The translations under genes and the position numbers were made by a program. Below are positions 50,340-62,743 of a DNA stretch of 64,000 nt, in pieces. Positions within the stretch are counted from its first letter, which is position 1, and every line of letters begins with the position of its first letter. Source of the DNA: Basidiobolus meristosporus CBS 931.73 (lineage: Eukaryota > Fungi > Basidiobolomycota); assembly GCA_002104905.1 (NCBI GenBank), contig MCFE01000276.1, forward strand, positions 1 through 64,000, in the 5' to 3' direction. The notes below the pieces were generated by a model, which was not told the DNA's origin, did no database searches, and was given only the letters and a program-made list of their open reading frames with translations.

Positions 50340-53300
50340 AAGACTATCTTAATTTCACATTAGTATTTACCAAAAAGTGAGATAATTGCATTATGTTGTT
50401 GAAGGTCAAACTGTTTGCCCCATTGACAAGACTACTTTGACTCAACGCTGTAAGAGAAGAGAAAAAAGAGCATGTGGCTATTGTAGCAAGCCACTCAGCC
50501 ATGAGGCACACAGACAGCATAAGAAGTATTGCAAGGATCATGGCCAGTGTTTTGCCACACCAGTTGTATTTGACCACTCATTGGTTGCTATTATACCAGC
50601 ATTATCTTGCTGGCCAGTTGATACTTCTATATTGGCACCTGGCCATCTTTGCTTCCTTGCACAAACTGAGTCAGGTGAGTTTTGACGCCTTTAGGCTCAC
50701 CTCAGCCTTCTGAATATTGCATGCAGAGTGATAGCTCTGATAAAGAAGGTTCACTGATGAATTTTGAGCCTATCTCCCCTAACAGCAGAACCATGTGTGA
50801 GCCTGGTCAAATCCCTATATGCAATAAAACAACATCTGTTGAAATAAATCCTAGCAATACTTTATGGAGTGAGCCAAGTAATCCATCTACTGGCAAATGA
50901 TGTCATGTTGTGGCTACAGAAGTAGGGTGTTTCTACTAATATTTGTAATGGGGGCTTCGCAAATTTATTACTATTTCTTACCAATATCATACTGGGATGC
51001 AACTTACCATGTACATAGTACAAGTGCACAAATGTCATGCGGCTGGCAACATATGATCCAGAGACTGTCCTGATTCTAGCATATGGTAACAGTTGCATGG
51101 CATTAACATCCAAAAATGCTACCATTGCAATGCATCCAAATTGTCAGGAATCCACCACCATTGAGGGAGTACATTGTTCACACTCTGGATACATTCTGGT
51201 CATTCCCTGTCTGCAGAAGCTGACGCAGTCTAACAAATATTGCAAATCTATACAGTACTGCACTCAGTAACAATCAAGCACAAACGTATCCAATATATTT
51301 AATGGCAAACATTACAAACAACTAAAAAGTAAGCGCTACTTTGAAGGTATGTATGACCAAGCCTTTGCCTTAACACTTGATAGATTCTCTTTGAACAAGT
51401 ATTCTACCAGCAAATTCTGCTGGCCACTGATTCTCATCAATCTGAATATGCCACCCAACTTACAGTATCTGAGCAACAATCTTATGGTAGTCTTAATGGC
51501 ATCTGGATCAAAATCACCGTCCAACCTGGATAGCTACCTGTATTCATTGCTGGATGATTGTTGTATACTTTACAGCAGGATAATGGTTGATGACCATTAT
51601 GTAAAAGCACATATAATTATCTACAGTGAAGATACCCCAGCCATCAGCAAGATAGCAGGTTTTTCCAGGCACAATGGATGGTAATGCTGTCAAATGTGTG
51701 AGATCCAGAGGATTTACTCCATTACTCACACACATTATTATTACCCAAGCACCAGCACTAAGAACATCATCTTTCCACAGAGATAACATACAGAAGGCAG
51801 CATGCATTTGCAGCAAAGTTGGCAAGCTATAAGCCATTGGCCAGACTGTGGAATCAATTGGAAACCAAATATGCTAAAGATAGTGGGTATCTGTTGGAGC
51901 AAAAGCTTTACACTGTGAGCAATGCATTTGCTTTTCAACAATGTCCCTATATAGATGACCAAGTAGTAGATGGGACATTTCAAGCTATTTGAGCCCTTTG
52001 AGATACCAGTGTAATTTGAAAGAATTGGCAAGATATTACAGAGTATCCACCACTGTAAGTACTTCTCACAGGCTCCAATTCAGTATTCATATGCATATGC
52101 AACAATACAAATGCAACAACTGGATGAGCTGGATATGTATTTTTTCAGGTGGTGTTCTGAAGCCATTCCTATTAAGAGTACATTGGAAGCATTGGGAGTC
52201 ATTTATGGAAATTGTAGAGATATTTATTCAGCAGCAGATCACCAATGCCAACTTGACACATCTACAGCTGTAGTGCAAAGAGCTTGTGTCAGGATTTGAG
52301 CAGCTATACTACAAACACAAAGCTTACTGCTTGGATCTCTGCCCCTGCTGTATCCATTCTCTACTCCATCTTCCACTGTGTGTGGAGACTATTGGACCTA
52401 GCTGCACCTTTTGGGAGCTTCCTATAGAGTGGATGTGTTGGGAGAGAGGAAGACAAGTCAAATTGTAGTTAATACCATATCCTAATCTCCCCAAGAATAT
52501 TTCCATCATGTCCATCATGGATGTGATGAGTTAACACAAGGAGAACAGCCAGAAAGAGTTGGAAAGTACTGAGTACAAACATGCACATGGAGACACTGTT
52601 GCAATTTAAGATGTGATTTCAATATAAGGAACTTATCAAGAAATAGTGATAATAGTTGAACTGTTGCTTATTCATAAAGAAGCTCAGTATTTATACCCTT
52701 ATAGAAGTAATACAGCTGTAATACTAAGTAGGGAGGGTTTCTCAATATTCAGGAGCATTCTGTAACAGCTTCAGGGTTAGAACATAATGTTTGGTAATAG
52801 TGCTAATTTGATCCTGACTATAGGGGAATAATCATAAGGCCATATATCTGGAGAAAGTGGCAAAGTTAAGGCAGTAAATGAGTCTTATGGTGACTAAGAC
52901 TAGTCTAGAATTGTTAAGTAAATTTTTAGCTGCTGAATGATACCAAATAGTCCAATATTTCAACAGGCACCTATGCCCATGGAATTAAGAAGCAAAGCAG
53001 CCCCAATGCATGGGTAATCAGTTAAGTAATGCAAAGTTGGGTTGGGTGCAACAAGCAGCTAAATTTTACTAGGAAAACTCTACCAAGGTATGCCGGATTT
53101 CTCTTGGTCACAAGCCAACTTCTACACCATTCAATACAGAGTTCACATTAACAAAAGCCAGGGCACACCTATAAGGGGGACAAGAATCCAGCATGGAGAA
53201 GGAATATATTGGCTAAATACCAAAGGTTCTTTGCAGATACTCAGGAGGTATTCATGGCAGAAGTGGCAACAGCCAAGCATATGTTTGCAAGATGTATATG

Positions 53301-53935
53301 TTACTAACAGTACAAAGTATATGGCAACTTTGCAAGTATCATACTAAAAAGCTGTAGAGTTGAGGTGATAGAGGTATGTCAATTGTGGCAGGTGTGAGCT
53401 TTTGTAGAGGTTAGTAAGCAGAAGGCCATAGATACTTTTGACTCAAACTATAAGTACAATACCCAAGGTAGTAGTGGGTAAGCAAATGAAGAGGGGTGAT
53501 TCTACAGTGTAATATATGAGTTGCACAAGGGGAGTTAGAAAAAGGAAATACCACTTGGTAAATTGGTAAGGTAGCATTATACAGAATTAGCTGTAGCCAT
53601 CATACTGCCAATATAATGCCATGAGCATCTTGCTGTGAGGCCGACAAAATACAATCAAGTTTTTTGTCATATCAGGCAATTCATATCCTGGCCAGTTGGA
53701 TCCACTTGAAATAGTTGTAAAATGCTAAAAGACTGCAACAATACCAGCACTAATCAAATCCTGTCAAGTTTTATCCCTTTATTTGTTAAAAAATTAGCAA
53801 AACTCTGTTGTGATCCTGTCATAAGAATATCAAGAGGGTCACTAATTTCAAGCTACTGGTATTAGGATGGTTTCTAAATGGGATCCTGGGGGTTGATATG
53901 GATTGGATCCACCTACAGGACTAAATTATTTTACG
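50340..53935 (+). mobile_element. CMC/En-Spm (Transposase_21-like) DNA transposon remnant, copy A (longest)
   Basis: CWPLILINLNMPP, SPSNLDSYL, DTPAISKIAGFSRHNGW*CCQMC, IHSLLHLP...IGP...WELPIE, plus an upstream Cys/His-rich segment; many stops; termini not defined. Confidence 0.8.
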
Positions 53936-54129
53936 TAGGGTTGTCTGTCAGTGGAATCTCCACTCTGTTAACAATGAAGGATGTGGTGGCTGTGGTAGAC
54001 AAGTTACCTTTCTCTGCAAACTTATGCAGGTTTGCAGTGGTAGTTGGCAAGAAAAATCCAGAATTAGGCTCATGGACCAAGTAAAGCACATCCTGTTTGG
54101 CCTTGAGTTCCTGTTAGTTGTGCACCAAC

Positions 54130-57011
54130 AAATAAGACTTGACCAATTTTACTCCAATACATACTCAATGCAGGTGTGATCAGTCATGATGGTGCACTTG
54201 ACTCCTTCAATGTAGCATCTCCATGTCTTCAAGTAGTGTATTGTAGCAAGCATATCCTTCTTATGCACTGGATAGTTTTGTTCTGCTGAGTTCAGTTTCT
54301 TGGATTCAAAGGAAACTGGGTAGTTCTTTCCCTTGAGTTCTGGGCTCAATACTCCACCAATTGCATAATTTGAAGCATCTGTGCACAGAGTAAACACTTT
54401 TCTGAAGTTGGGATTCTTAAGCTTGGCAGCTTAGCAAGTTCATTTGTAAGCTTCTAAGAGGCAGTCTCACAAGTTATGTCCCACTTACAGGTATTATCTT
54501 TCTTGAGGATATCAGTTAAAGGGGCTGTAATACTTGCAAAGGAATTGACACATCTCCATTGGTGGAAAATATTTCCAAGAAATGATCTGAGTCCTGATGT
54601 GCTATGGGGGCTGCTTCAGATTCTTAATAACTTCAACCTTTTGAGAGTCCAAGGTTGCTCCAGTGCTAGTCACTATGTGTCCTAGATGTTCAATGTGTTC
54701 CTTAAAGAGCTCATACTTGGGCAGCTTGCCATATAGCTTGTTCTCTCTTAGCTTCTTCAGGACCTTTTTGATGTGCACCAAGTGATCCTCTTCTGTCTTG
54801 CTGTATATCAATATGTCATCTAGGTAGATTATCACACACTGCCTAAGTACTAATGGAAGACAGTGTGCATCAGAGTCATGAATGTTGCAGGGGCATTGGT
54901 GAGGCCAAAACTCATGACTAAGTACTTGTAATGTGCATATCTGGTCCTGAATGCCGTCTCAGGGATGTCTTCTGGCTTCACCCCAATCTGGTTGTATCTT
55001 GACATGAGGTCAATCTGGCTGAATATAGTGGCTCCATTGAGTTGGAGCAAAAGCTCATCAATCTAAGGTATGGGGTACTTATTCTTCACAGTAACTGAGT
55101 TGAGGGCTCTGTAGTCAATGCGCATCCTAAATGTTCCATCCTTCTTCTTCACAAAAAGCACTGGTGCTCCCCAAGGTGACTTGCTGGATCTGATATATCC
55201 TTGTTCTAATAACTGATCTATATGTCTCTGCATCTCTTCCAGCCGCAATGGACTCATTATGCATGGTGTTCTGCCCACTGGAGGGCTATCTCCTGTGTTT
55301 ACGGCATGATCCACATCTCTGACTGGAGGTAGGCTGAGAAGTTCATCTGGAAATACATCTGAACATTACTTCAAAAGGGTCTGGACCTTCTGGGGTACTA
55401 GAGTAGAGGAATCATTCTGTAATACTGCCATTAGGGACACCTGGTTGCCTTTTCTAAGTGCTTTACAGAACTGTGTCTTGCTAAGCTCACTTGTTTCACA
55501 GACACTGAAATAGACTAAGTTGAAATCCAGTCTGGCAGGTAATAGCTCATAGGTCTTGTTGACCTTCTAGCTCCAAGTAGCATGGGTTCTCCATTTGATT
55601 GATGGATTGCAACAAAGTAGCCAGGTTTTTTAAATACAAGTTCAAGCTTGCAGCTCTCAAGTATATAGGCCTGTTGATCTTCTTCATAGTCATTGATCTT
55701 CATCCTAACTGGCTGAGTAATATGGTTAATTATGTGAGAGTTCCCAAAAGCTATTGAGACTCAAGTTGATTTGGTAGGTTCTGAGTTGATTCCAGCTTCC
55801 AAAGCAAATTGCTCTAGCATGTACTCATGTGATGCTCCTGAGTGAGTCATGATTGCGGCAGGTACTCCATCAATTACTCCATTCAAATTTAATGGCTTTC
55901 CTGAGTTTGAGGTCATCTGCTATAGGTATTCTTCTATCATATGGAAGGTGAGTTCTAAGTCTTCTTCAAGTTCATCCTATATGTTATTATATTCAAGGGC
56001 TTCAATATGGCTGAAGGTTCCCAATGGCTGGTGTCCATTTCTTCTCTGAGGGCAGTACTTTCAAATATGTCCATGCTGGTGGCAATTGAAGCAAAGTCCT
56101 TGCTTCTTACATTGTTCCAAGGTAGGATTCTTCTGCATAGCAACTATTTCCAATAGCTCTGCTTCTGATTGCCTTCTTTCATGCTTTTTGTAGCCCCTCT
56201 TGCTAGTTGTTGTGGGCTTCCCAACTCCAAACATGGATAAGTCATAGTCAATGGCAATCTTGATGGCTACAATAGTCTGGGGTGTTCAATTATTCACTCA
56301 CTTGCAAGTTCTTTCTTTCAACCCATCACAAAAGTATTCCACTTGACTCAGGAGGTCAACTCCCTTAGCCTTGAAAGCTTCTTCAATTGGGAAGAGCCAA
56401 GTTCCCTGGTTTTCATTGACTATATTATGGTACTGGTTGACCTTCACACTAAAGTTGCTCTTGACAGGGCTTTGCTGGCTTTGGATCATGGTAGTCATTC
56501 CTTGTTGCTGATGGCTATGGATCTGGAGTAACTGTTGCTGTTGGGCTATGATTTGCTACATAGCATTCTTCCATTCTTGATTTTTGGACATTTTGAGGGA
56601 GGCTTTGTTTCTCTTTGAAAGGGAGGTTTCTGCTTATTGCTTCTACAAATGTTACAAGTCTTGGTATAAGAGTTGTAGAGAAATAGGGAGTTTAGCTAGT
56701 ATTGTACTCACTAAATCTTCAACTGATTTTTGTCAAGGTTCCAGCAGCTCATTGTATACATTATGCCAGATTAATTGCTAACTAATTGTATTTGCTATTG
56801 TGATTGTGGCTGATGACTCAAATGATAGCCTCATCCAATAAGATCCTACTCAATGTATCTATTCCTGTCTGATATGGATCTGCTGATTCATTTGCTGACT
56901 AATACTACTGATTTGATAGAGAATACTGATATGCTGTTAGGCTAAAAATACTGCAAACTGATCTGAATAAAAGCTGATCTAACTTAAACACCCAAGCAAT
57001 AGATCATTACA
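54130..57011 (-). mobile_element. Old, 3'-truncated Ty3/gypsy copy (family B): 5' LTR 57011-56650, decayed PBS, gag-PR-RT-RNase H
   Basis: Colinear reverse-complement homology to 57285-60400 ([37 protein letters not shown]); internal deletion in gag; numerous stops. Confidence 0.9.
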
Positions 57012-57653
57012 TATGTAATTCACAGTTAAATCCTCAATTCTGGATTCTAGAGCTTATATAAAGCCTTAACACATGCCTGCCATACTAGTTACAATGGCAA
57101 CTATCACATCTCATGATATCTGGTACACCCACAGAATCCACCTCATTAGCCAACTTCAAAATTTGGTTATCTAGGTCCTACATATCTTCTTCTGATGGTA
57201 TCTTTGTAGTAATCAAGTTGTGTACAGGATGTGTTTTCTTAGCTGCTGAGCAATGGCTGGCATGAGTTTCCTTAGGCCTTCAAGTGTTATGATCTACCGC
57301 TTGAATGTTTAAGTTAGATCAGTTTTTAGTCAAATCAATTAGTATATGTTTAGGTTATCAGTATATCAGTATTATCTATGAAATCAGTAGCATTAGTCAG
57401 CAAATGAATCAGCAGATCCTTATCAGACAGAAATAGATATATTAAGTAGGATCTTATTGGGTGATGATGATGCAATCAAATGAGTCATCAGCCACAACCT
57501 ACATTAGGAAATACAATTAGTCAGCAATTGATCTGGCAAAATGTATATAAGGAGCTGCTGGAACCTCAATAAAAATCAGTTCAAGTTTTAGTGAATACAA
57601 TACTAGCTAAACTCCCTATTCCTCTACAACTCTTATACCAAGACTTGTAACAT

Positions 57654-57665
57654 TGGTAGCAGCGA
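57654..57665 (+). promoter_or_regulatory. PBS TGGTAGCAGCGA, complementary to a tRNA 3' end (initiator-Met-like)
   Basis: Begins 1 nt after the LTR; the implied acceptor stem AGCAGCG has the A1:U72 pattern of eukaryotic tRNA-iMet. Confidence 0.75.
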
Positions 57666-57710
57666 TAACCAGAAACCTCCCTCCTGAAGAAAGAAGAAAC
57701 CACCCTCAAG

Positions 57711-60700
57711 ATGTCGGACAATCAAGAATGGAAGAATGCCATGCAGCAAATCCTGGCCCAACAGCAGCAGCTACTCCAGATCCTCAGCCAACAGCAACAA
57801 GGAATGACTACCATGGCTCAGAGCCAGCAAAGCCCTGTCAAGAGCAACTTTAGTGTGAAGGTCAACCGGTACCATGGCAGAGTCAATGAAAACCTGGGAA
57901 CTTGGCTCTTTCAGTTTGAAGAAGCTTTTAAAGCTAAAGGAATTGCTCCAGAGAGCAAGTTGCATTATGCAGCTTCTTACCTGGCAGATGCAGCTTTACA
58001 GTGGTACCACAACAAGATCAGGTCAGCTACTATGATGGGATGCTCTACAATCTCTACCTGGGATGAGTTTGTGTTGGAAATTCAGGATGCTTTTGAACCT
58101 CCACACCAGCAGACACTACTAAGAAGGAAGTTAAAGACACTCAGACAGAAAGGAATGGTGCAAGAATACATCTATGAGTACAGATGTCTACTTGGACAAA
58201 TTGAAAGAATGGACCCCTTGGATCAAGTTGAATACTTTATTGATGGGTTGAAAGAAAGAACTTGCAAGGAAGTCAATTACCGAAGACCTCAAACTATTGA
58301 AGAAGCCATCAAGATTGCCATTGACTATGACTCAGCTATGTTTGGAGTTGGGAAGCCTACAGTGACTAGTCAGAAAGGCTATAATCATTATAAAAGAAGA
58401 CAATCAGAAGCAGTACCAATGGAAATAGACGCTATGCAGAAGAATCCCTCCTCAGAAGAATGCAAGAAGAGAGGACTTTGCTTCAATTGCCACCAGCAGG
58501 GACATATTGCAAAGTACTGCCCTCAGAGAAGAAATGGACACCAGCCAACAAGAACCTTCAACCATATTGAGTCCCATGAACACAGTAATGAGGAAGATGA
58601 GCTTGAAGAAGACTTGGAACTCACCTTCCATATGACAGAAGAGTACTTGTCCCAAATGACTTCAAACTCAGGGAAGTTATTGTACCTGAATGGAGTAATC
58701 AATGGAGTACCTGCCAAGATCATGATTGACTCAGGAGCATCACATGAGTACATGTCAGAGCAATTTGCTTTGAAAGCTGGAATCAACTCAGAACCTACCA
58801 AATCAACTTCAGTCTCCACAGCTGATGGGAACTCCCACATAATCAACCGTATTACCCAGCCAGTAAGAATGAAGATCAATGACTATGAAGAAGACCTACA
58901 GGCTTATATATTTGGGAACTGCAAGTCTGACCTTGTACTTGTGAAAACCTGGCTATTTTGTCGTAATCCATCAATCAACTGGAGAACCCATGCTACTCAG
59001 ATCCAAAAAGACAACAAGACCTATGAGCTATTACCTGCCAGGCTGGATTTCAACTTGGTCAATTCCAGTGTGTGTGAGACAAGTGAACTTAGCAAGACCC
59101 AGTTCTGTAGAGCACTTAGAAAAGGTACCCAGATGTTCCTCATGGTGGTATTACAGGAGGATTCCTCTATCCCAGCACCCCAGCAGGTCCAGACTCTCTT
59201 GAAGAAATATTCAGACGTGTTTCCAGATGAGCTTGTAAGCCTACCACCAGTCAGAGACGTGGATCATGCCATTGACACAGGAGATAGCCCTCCAGTGAGC
59301 AAGACACCTTACAGAATGAGTCCATTGGAATTGGAGGAAATGAAGAAACAAATTGATCAGCTATTGGAGCAAGGATACATCAGGCCCAGCAAGTCACCTT
59401 GGGGAGCACCAGTGCTTTTTGTGAAAAAGAAGGATGGAACACTTAGGATGTGCATTGACTACAGAGCCCTGAACTCAGTTACCGTCAAGAATAAGTACCC
59501 CATACCTCGGATTGATGAGCTTTTGGACCAACTTAATGGAGCCACTATTTTCAGCAAGATTGACCTCATGTCAGGATACAACCAGATTAGGGTGAAACCA
59601 GAAGATATCCCTAAGACAGCATTCAGGACCAGATATGGACATTACAAGTACTTAGTCATGAGTTTTGGCCTCACTAATGCCCCTGCAACATTCATGACAC
59701 TGATGCAGACTGTCTTTCAGGAGTACTTAGACAAGTTTGTGATAATCTACCTGGATGACATATTGATATACAGCAAGACAGAAAAGGATCACATGGTGCA
59801 CATTGAAAAGGTCTTGAAGAAACTAAGAGAGAACAAGCTATATGGCAAGCTAGCCAAGTGTGAATTCTTCAAGGAACACGTAGAATATCTGGGACACATA
59901 GTGACTAGCACAGGAGTAACCTTAGACCCCAAGAAGGTGGAAGTAATCAAGAATTTGAAGCAGCCCCATAGCATATCAGAACTCAGATCCTTCCTTGGAA
60001 TGGTTTCCTATTATTGGAGATTTGTCAAGTCATTTGCAAGTATTGCAGCCCCTTTAACTGATATCCTCAAGAAAGACAATACCTACAAGTGGGACATAGC
60101 TTGTGAGACTGCCTTCCAGACACTAAAGAATGAACTTGCAAAGCTGCCAAGCTTAAGAATACCAGACTTCAGAAAAGAGTTCACTCTGTGCACAGATGCT
60201 TCAGATTATGCAATTGGTGGAGTGCTGAGCCAAGAACACAAGGGAAAGGACTACCCTGTTGCCTTTGAATCCAAGAAACTGAACTCAGCAGAACAAAACT
60301 ATCCAGTTCCATGAGAAGGAGATGCTCGCTATAATACACTGTTTGAAGACATGGAGATGCTATATTGAAGGAGTCAAATGCACTGTGAAGACTGATCATG
60401 CCTCCCTCAAGTATATATTTACTCAGAAGGTACTCTCTAGAAGAATGACAAGATGGAGTGAATACATTCAGCAATTTGACCTGGAGATTGTCTACTGTCC
60501 TGGAAAAAACAACACGGTTGCTGATGCCTTATCAAGATTAGATCAAGTTGCACAACTCAACTTGGTGCATGAATCAGATTGGCCTAGCCTACTACCAAAG
60601 TACTTGGAGGACCAAGCCATTCCTAATGAGGTGGATGAAGATATCAAGATGATAATCCGTGATGAAGCCAGCAAATTTGTTGTACAGGAATGAAACACTC

Positions 60701-61846
60701 TACCAAATTGTTGATGGAAGCCCTATTGCCTATTGTCCTTATATTGCTAGCCTGGATTTAATACATAAGCTACACAATGGATATGGACATCTTGGGATTG
60801 AAGGAACCTATAGCCTTGTAAAAGCCAGAGCATGGTGGCCCAGAATGAAACAAGACATTGAGAAGCTAGTAAAAACATGCCCAAACTGCCAAATCAATCA
60901 AGGCCAGCCACAAAGAATTGCTGAACTCTTCCCTTTGGAGCCTGTAAGACCATTTGAGAGATGGGGAATTGACTTTATTGGAAGACTGCCAACTACCAGG
61001 AAATGCAACCGTTGGATCCTAGTAGCAATTGACCATGCCACTAAATGGCCAGTTGCTAAAGCTGTACCAATAGCCAGTGAACAAGAAGTTGCAAGTTTCA
61101 TTTACCATGAGATCCTGATGAAGTTTGGATGCCCTGTGGAGATCTTATCTGATAGAGGTGCAAACTTTATGGCAAAGACATTAGAGGCTTACCTGGAAAT
61201 GCAGCAGATCAGACACTTGAAAACCTTGGCATATCACCCCAGAACTAATGGAGTCACTGAGCGGTTTAATGGATTATTTGGAAAAATGCTGACCAAGTAT
61301 GCAAATGGAGTTGTCAGTAGATGGGATGAGTATATAGACCAAGCACTCTTTGCATGCAGAGTCAGAGTACACAACACCACCCAGCAATCACCATTTTACT
61401 TAGTTTATGGATGTGAACCAAGGATTCCAGGAGATCTCACACAACCAAAGCTTACAGACACCTTAGAAGATGAACTCAGTCAGCCAAGTAGACACCAGCA
61501 ACTGGAACAAAGACGTCAAGAGGCACAGACCAAAGTATCTCAAAGTGCAGAAAAGATGAAGCAGAGATTTGATAAGACTATAGCACCAGAAGCATTGACA
61601 GTTGGGAACTTTGTATTGCTAAGAAACAACACTCGGAAGAAGTTTGAGCCACAATGGACAGGACCATTCAAGATCATCAGAGAATGTCCATTTGCAACTT
61701 ACCAACTGGTGGACAAACAAGGCAATATCCGGGAAGACTTAGTGCATAGGGACAGACTCAAGCTTGCAAGACTTGCTGATAATACTGAACCATCAAGATA
61801 TTGGTATCACAAGAAAAGAGATTCAGGAGAACCCTCTCAACTTTAG
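57711..61846 (+). CDS. Single gag-pol polyprotein (~1377 aa after removing two single-base insertions at ~60310 and ~60690)
   Basis: CCHC knuckle [32 protein letters not shown], and DDE integrase (GIDF, SDRG, TERFN). The three ORFs fuse if one C and one A are removed. Confidence 0.9.
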
Positions 61847-62394
61847 TAGGGGAGAATGTTATGATCTGCCGCTTGAATGTTTAAGTTAGATCAGTTTTTA
61901 GTCAAATCAATTAGTATATGTTTAGGTTATCAGTATATCAGTATTATCTATGAAATCAGTAGCATTAGTCAGCAAATGAATCAGCAGATCCTTATCAGAC
62001 AGAAATAGATATATTAAGTAGGATCTTATTGGGTGATGATGATGCAATCAAATGAGTCATCAGCCACAACCTACATTAGGAAATACAATTAGTCAGCAAT
62101 TGATCTGGCAAAATGTATATAAGGAGCTGCTGGAACCTCAATAAAAATCAGTTCAAGTTTTAGTGAATACAATACTAGCTAAACTCCCTATTCCTCTACA
62201 ACTCTTATACCAAGACTTGTAACACAAGTCAATTTTGATCATTTTTGTCCTTCAGAATTGTATTGATAATTTGATGTTAACATTAAGGCAAATGTGGTTA
62301 AAGGCACTTTGCTGTTTTTTCTGGTACTTTATGGAATATTCCACTAATAGCAGTAGTCAATAATGCAGTGAGTAACAGCTTATGGCTCATGACC

Positions 62395-62743
62395 TGTTGT
62401 AAGAGCTATGGAGATTTTGGAAGTCACTGGGAGATTAACCAGATTGCGTGCCTTTCACTTGATGATTCAATGATTATGAATGTTATATTTGTAAGTTTAT
62501 ATAGTGTTGGCATAGCAAGCCTATAAAATGTGCAAAGGAATGTCCCAAGAACATGTGTGCCAAGTTTGCCACTGTTTAGTCAGCTTTGAGAATTCCCACA
62601 TTTTGGATACCTAATATTCTGGTGAAATCTAGTCATGTGAATCCCAGTAAGGATTTGTTCAGTATTTTCTGAGATCTGTAGGCAATCAATTAAGTTACCA
62701 AATTAGGTCATGTTGTAAGTGAAATTACAAATCTTTTACAACA
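62395..62743 (-). repeat. Copia family A LTR (349 bp) with RNase H end/PPT upstream and PBS/gag downstream
   Basis: TG...CA termini; PBS-like GGTCATGAGCC at 62394-62384; upstream flank matches 935-972. Confidence 0.85.

Larger units (their letters stand above)
57285..62224 (+). mobile_element. Young full-length Ty3/gypsy element (family B, no chromodomain)
   Basis: Two 368-bp LTRs (57285-57652, 61857-62224) with one mismatch seen; 4-bp TSD CAAG (57281-57284 and 62225-62228); PPT AGTAGGGGAGAA at 61845-61856. Confidence 0.97.

Noticed and set aside
33793-53940. CCTACG(G)TAA at 33794 and its inverse at 53931-53940 as a CMC terminus
   Set aside because: Short match, inconsistent spacing (~55 bp) to the homologous block, and no partner TIR or TSD found.
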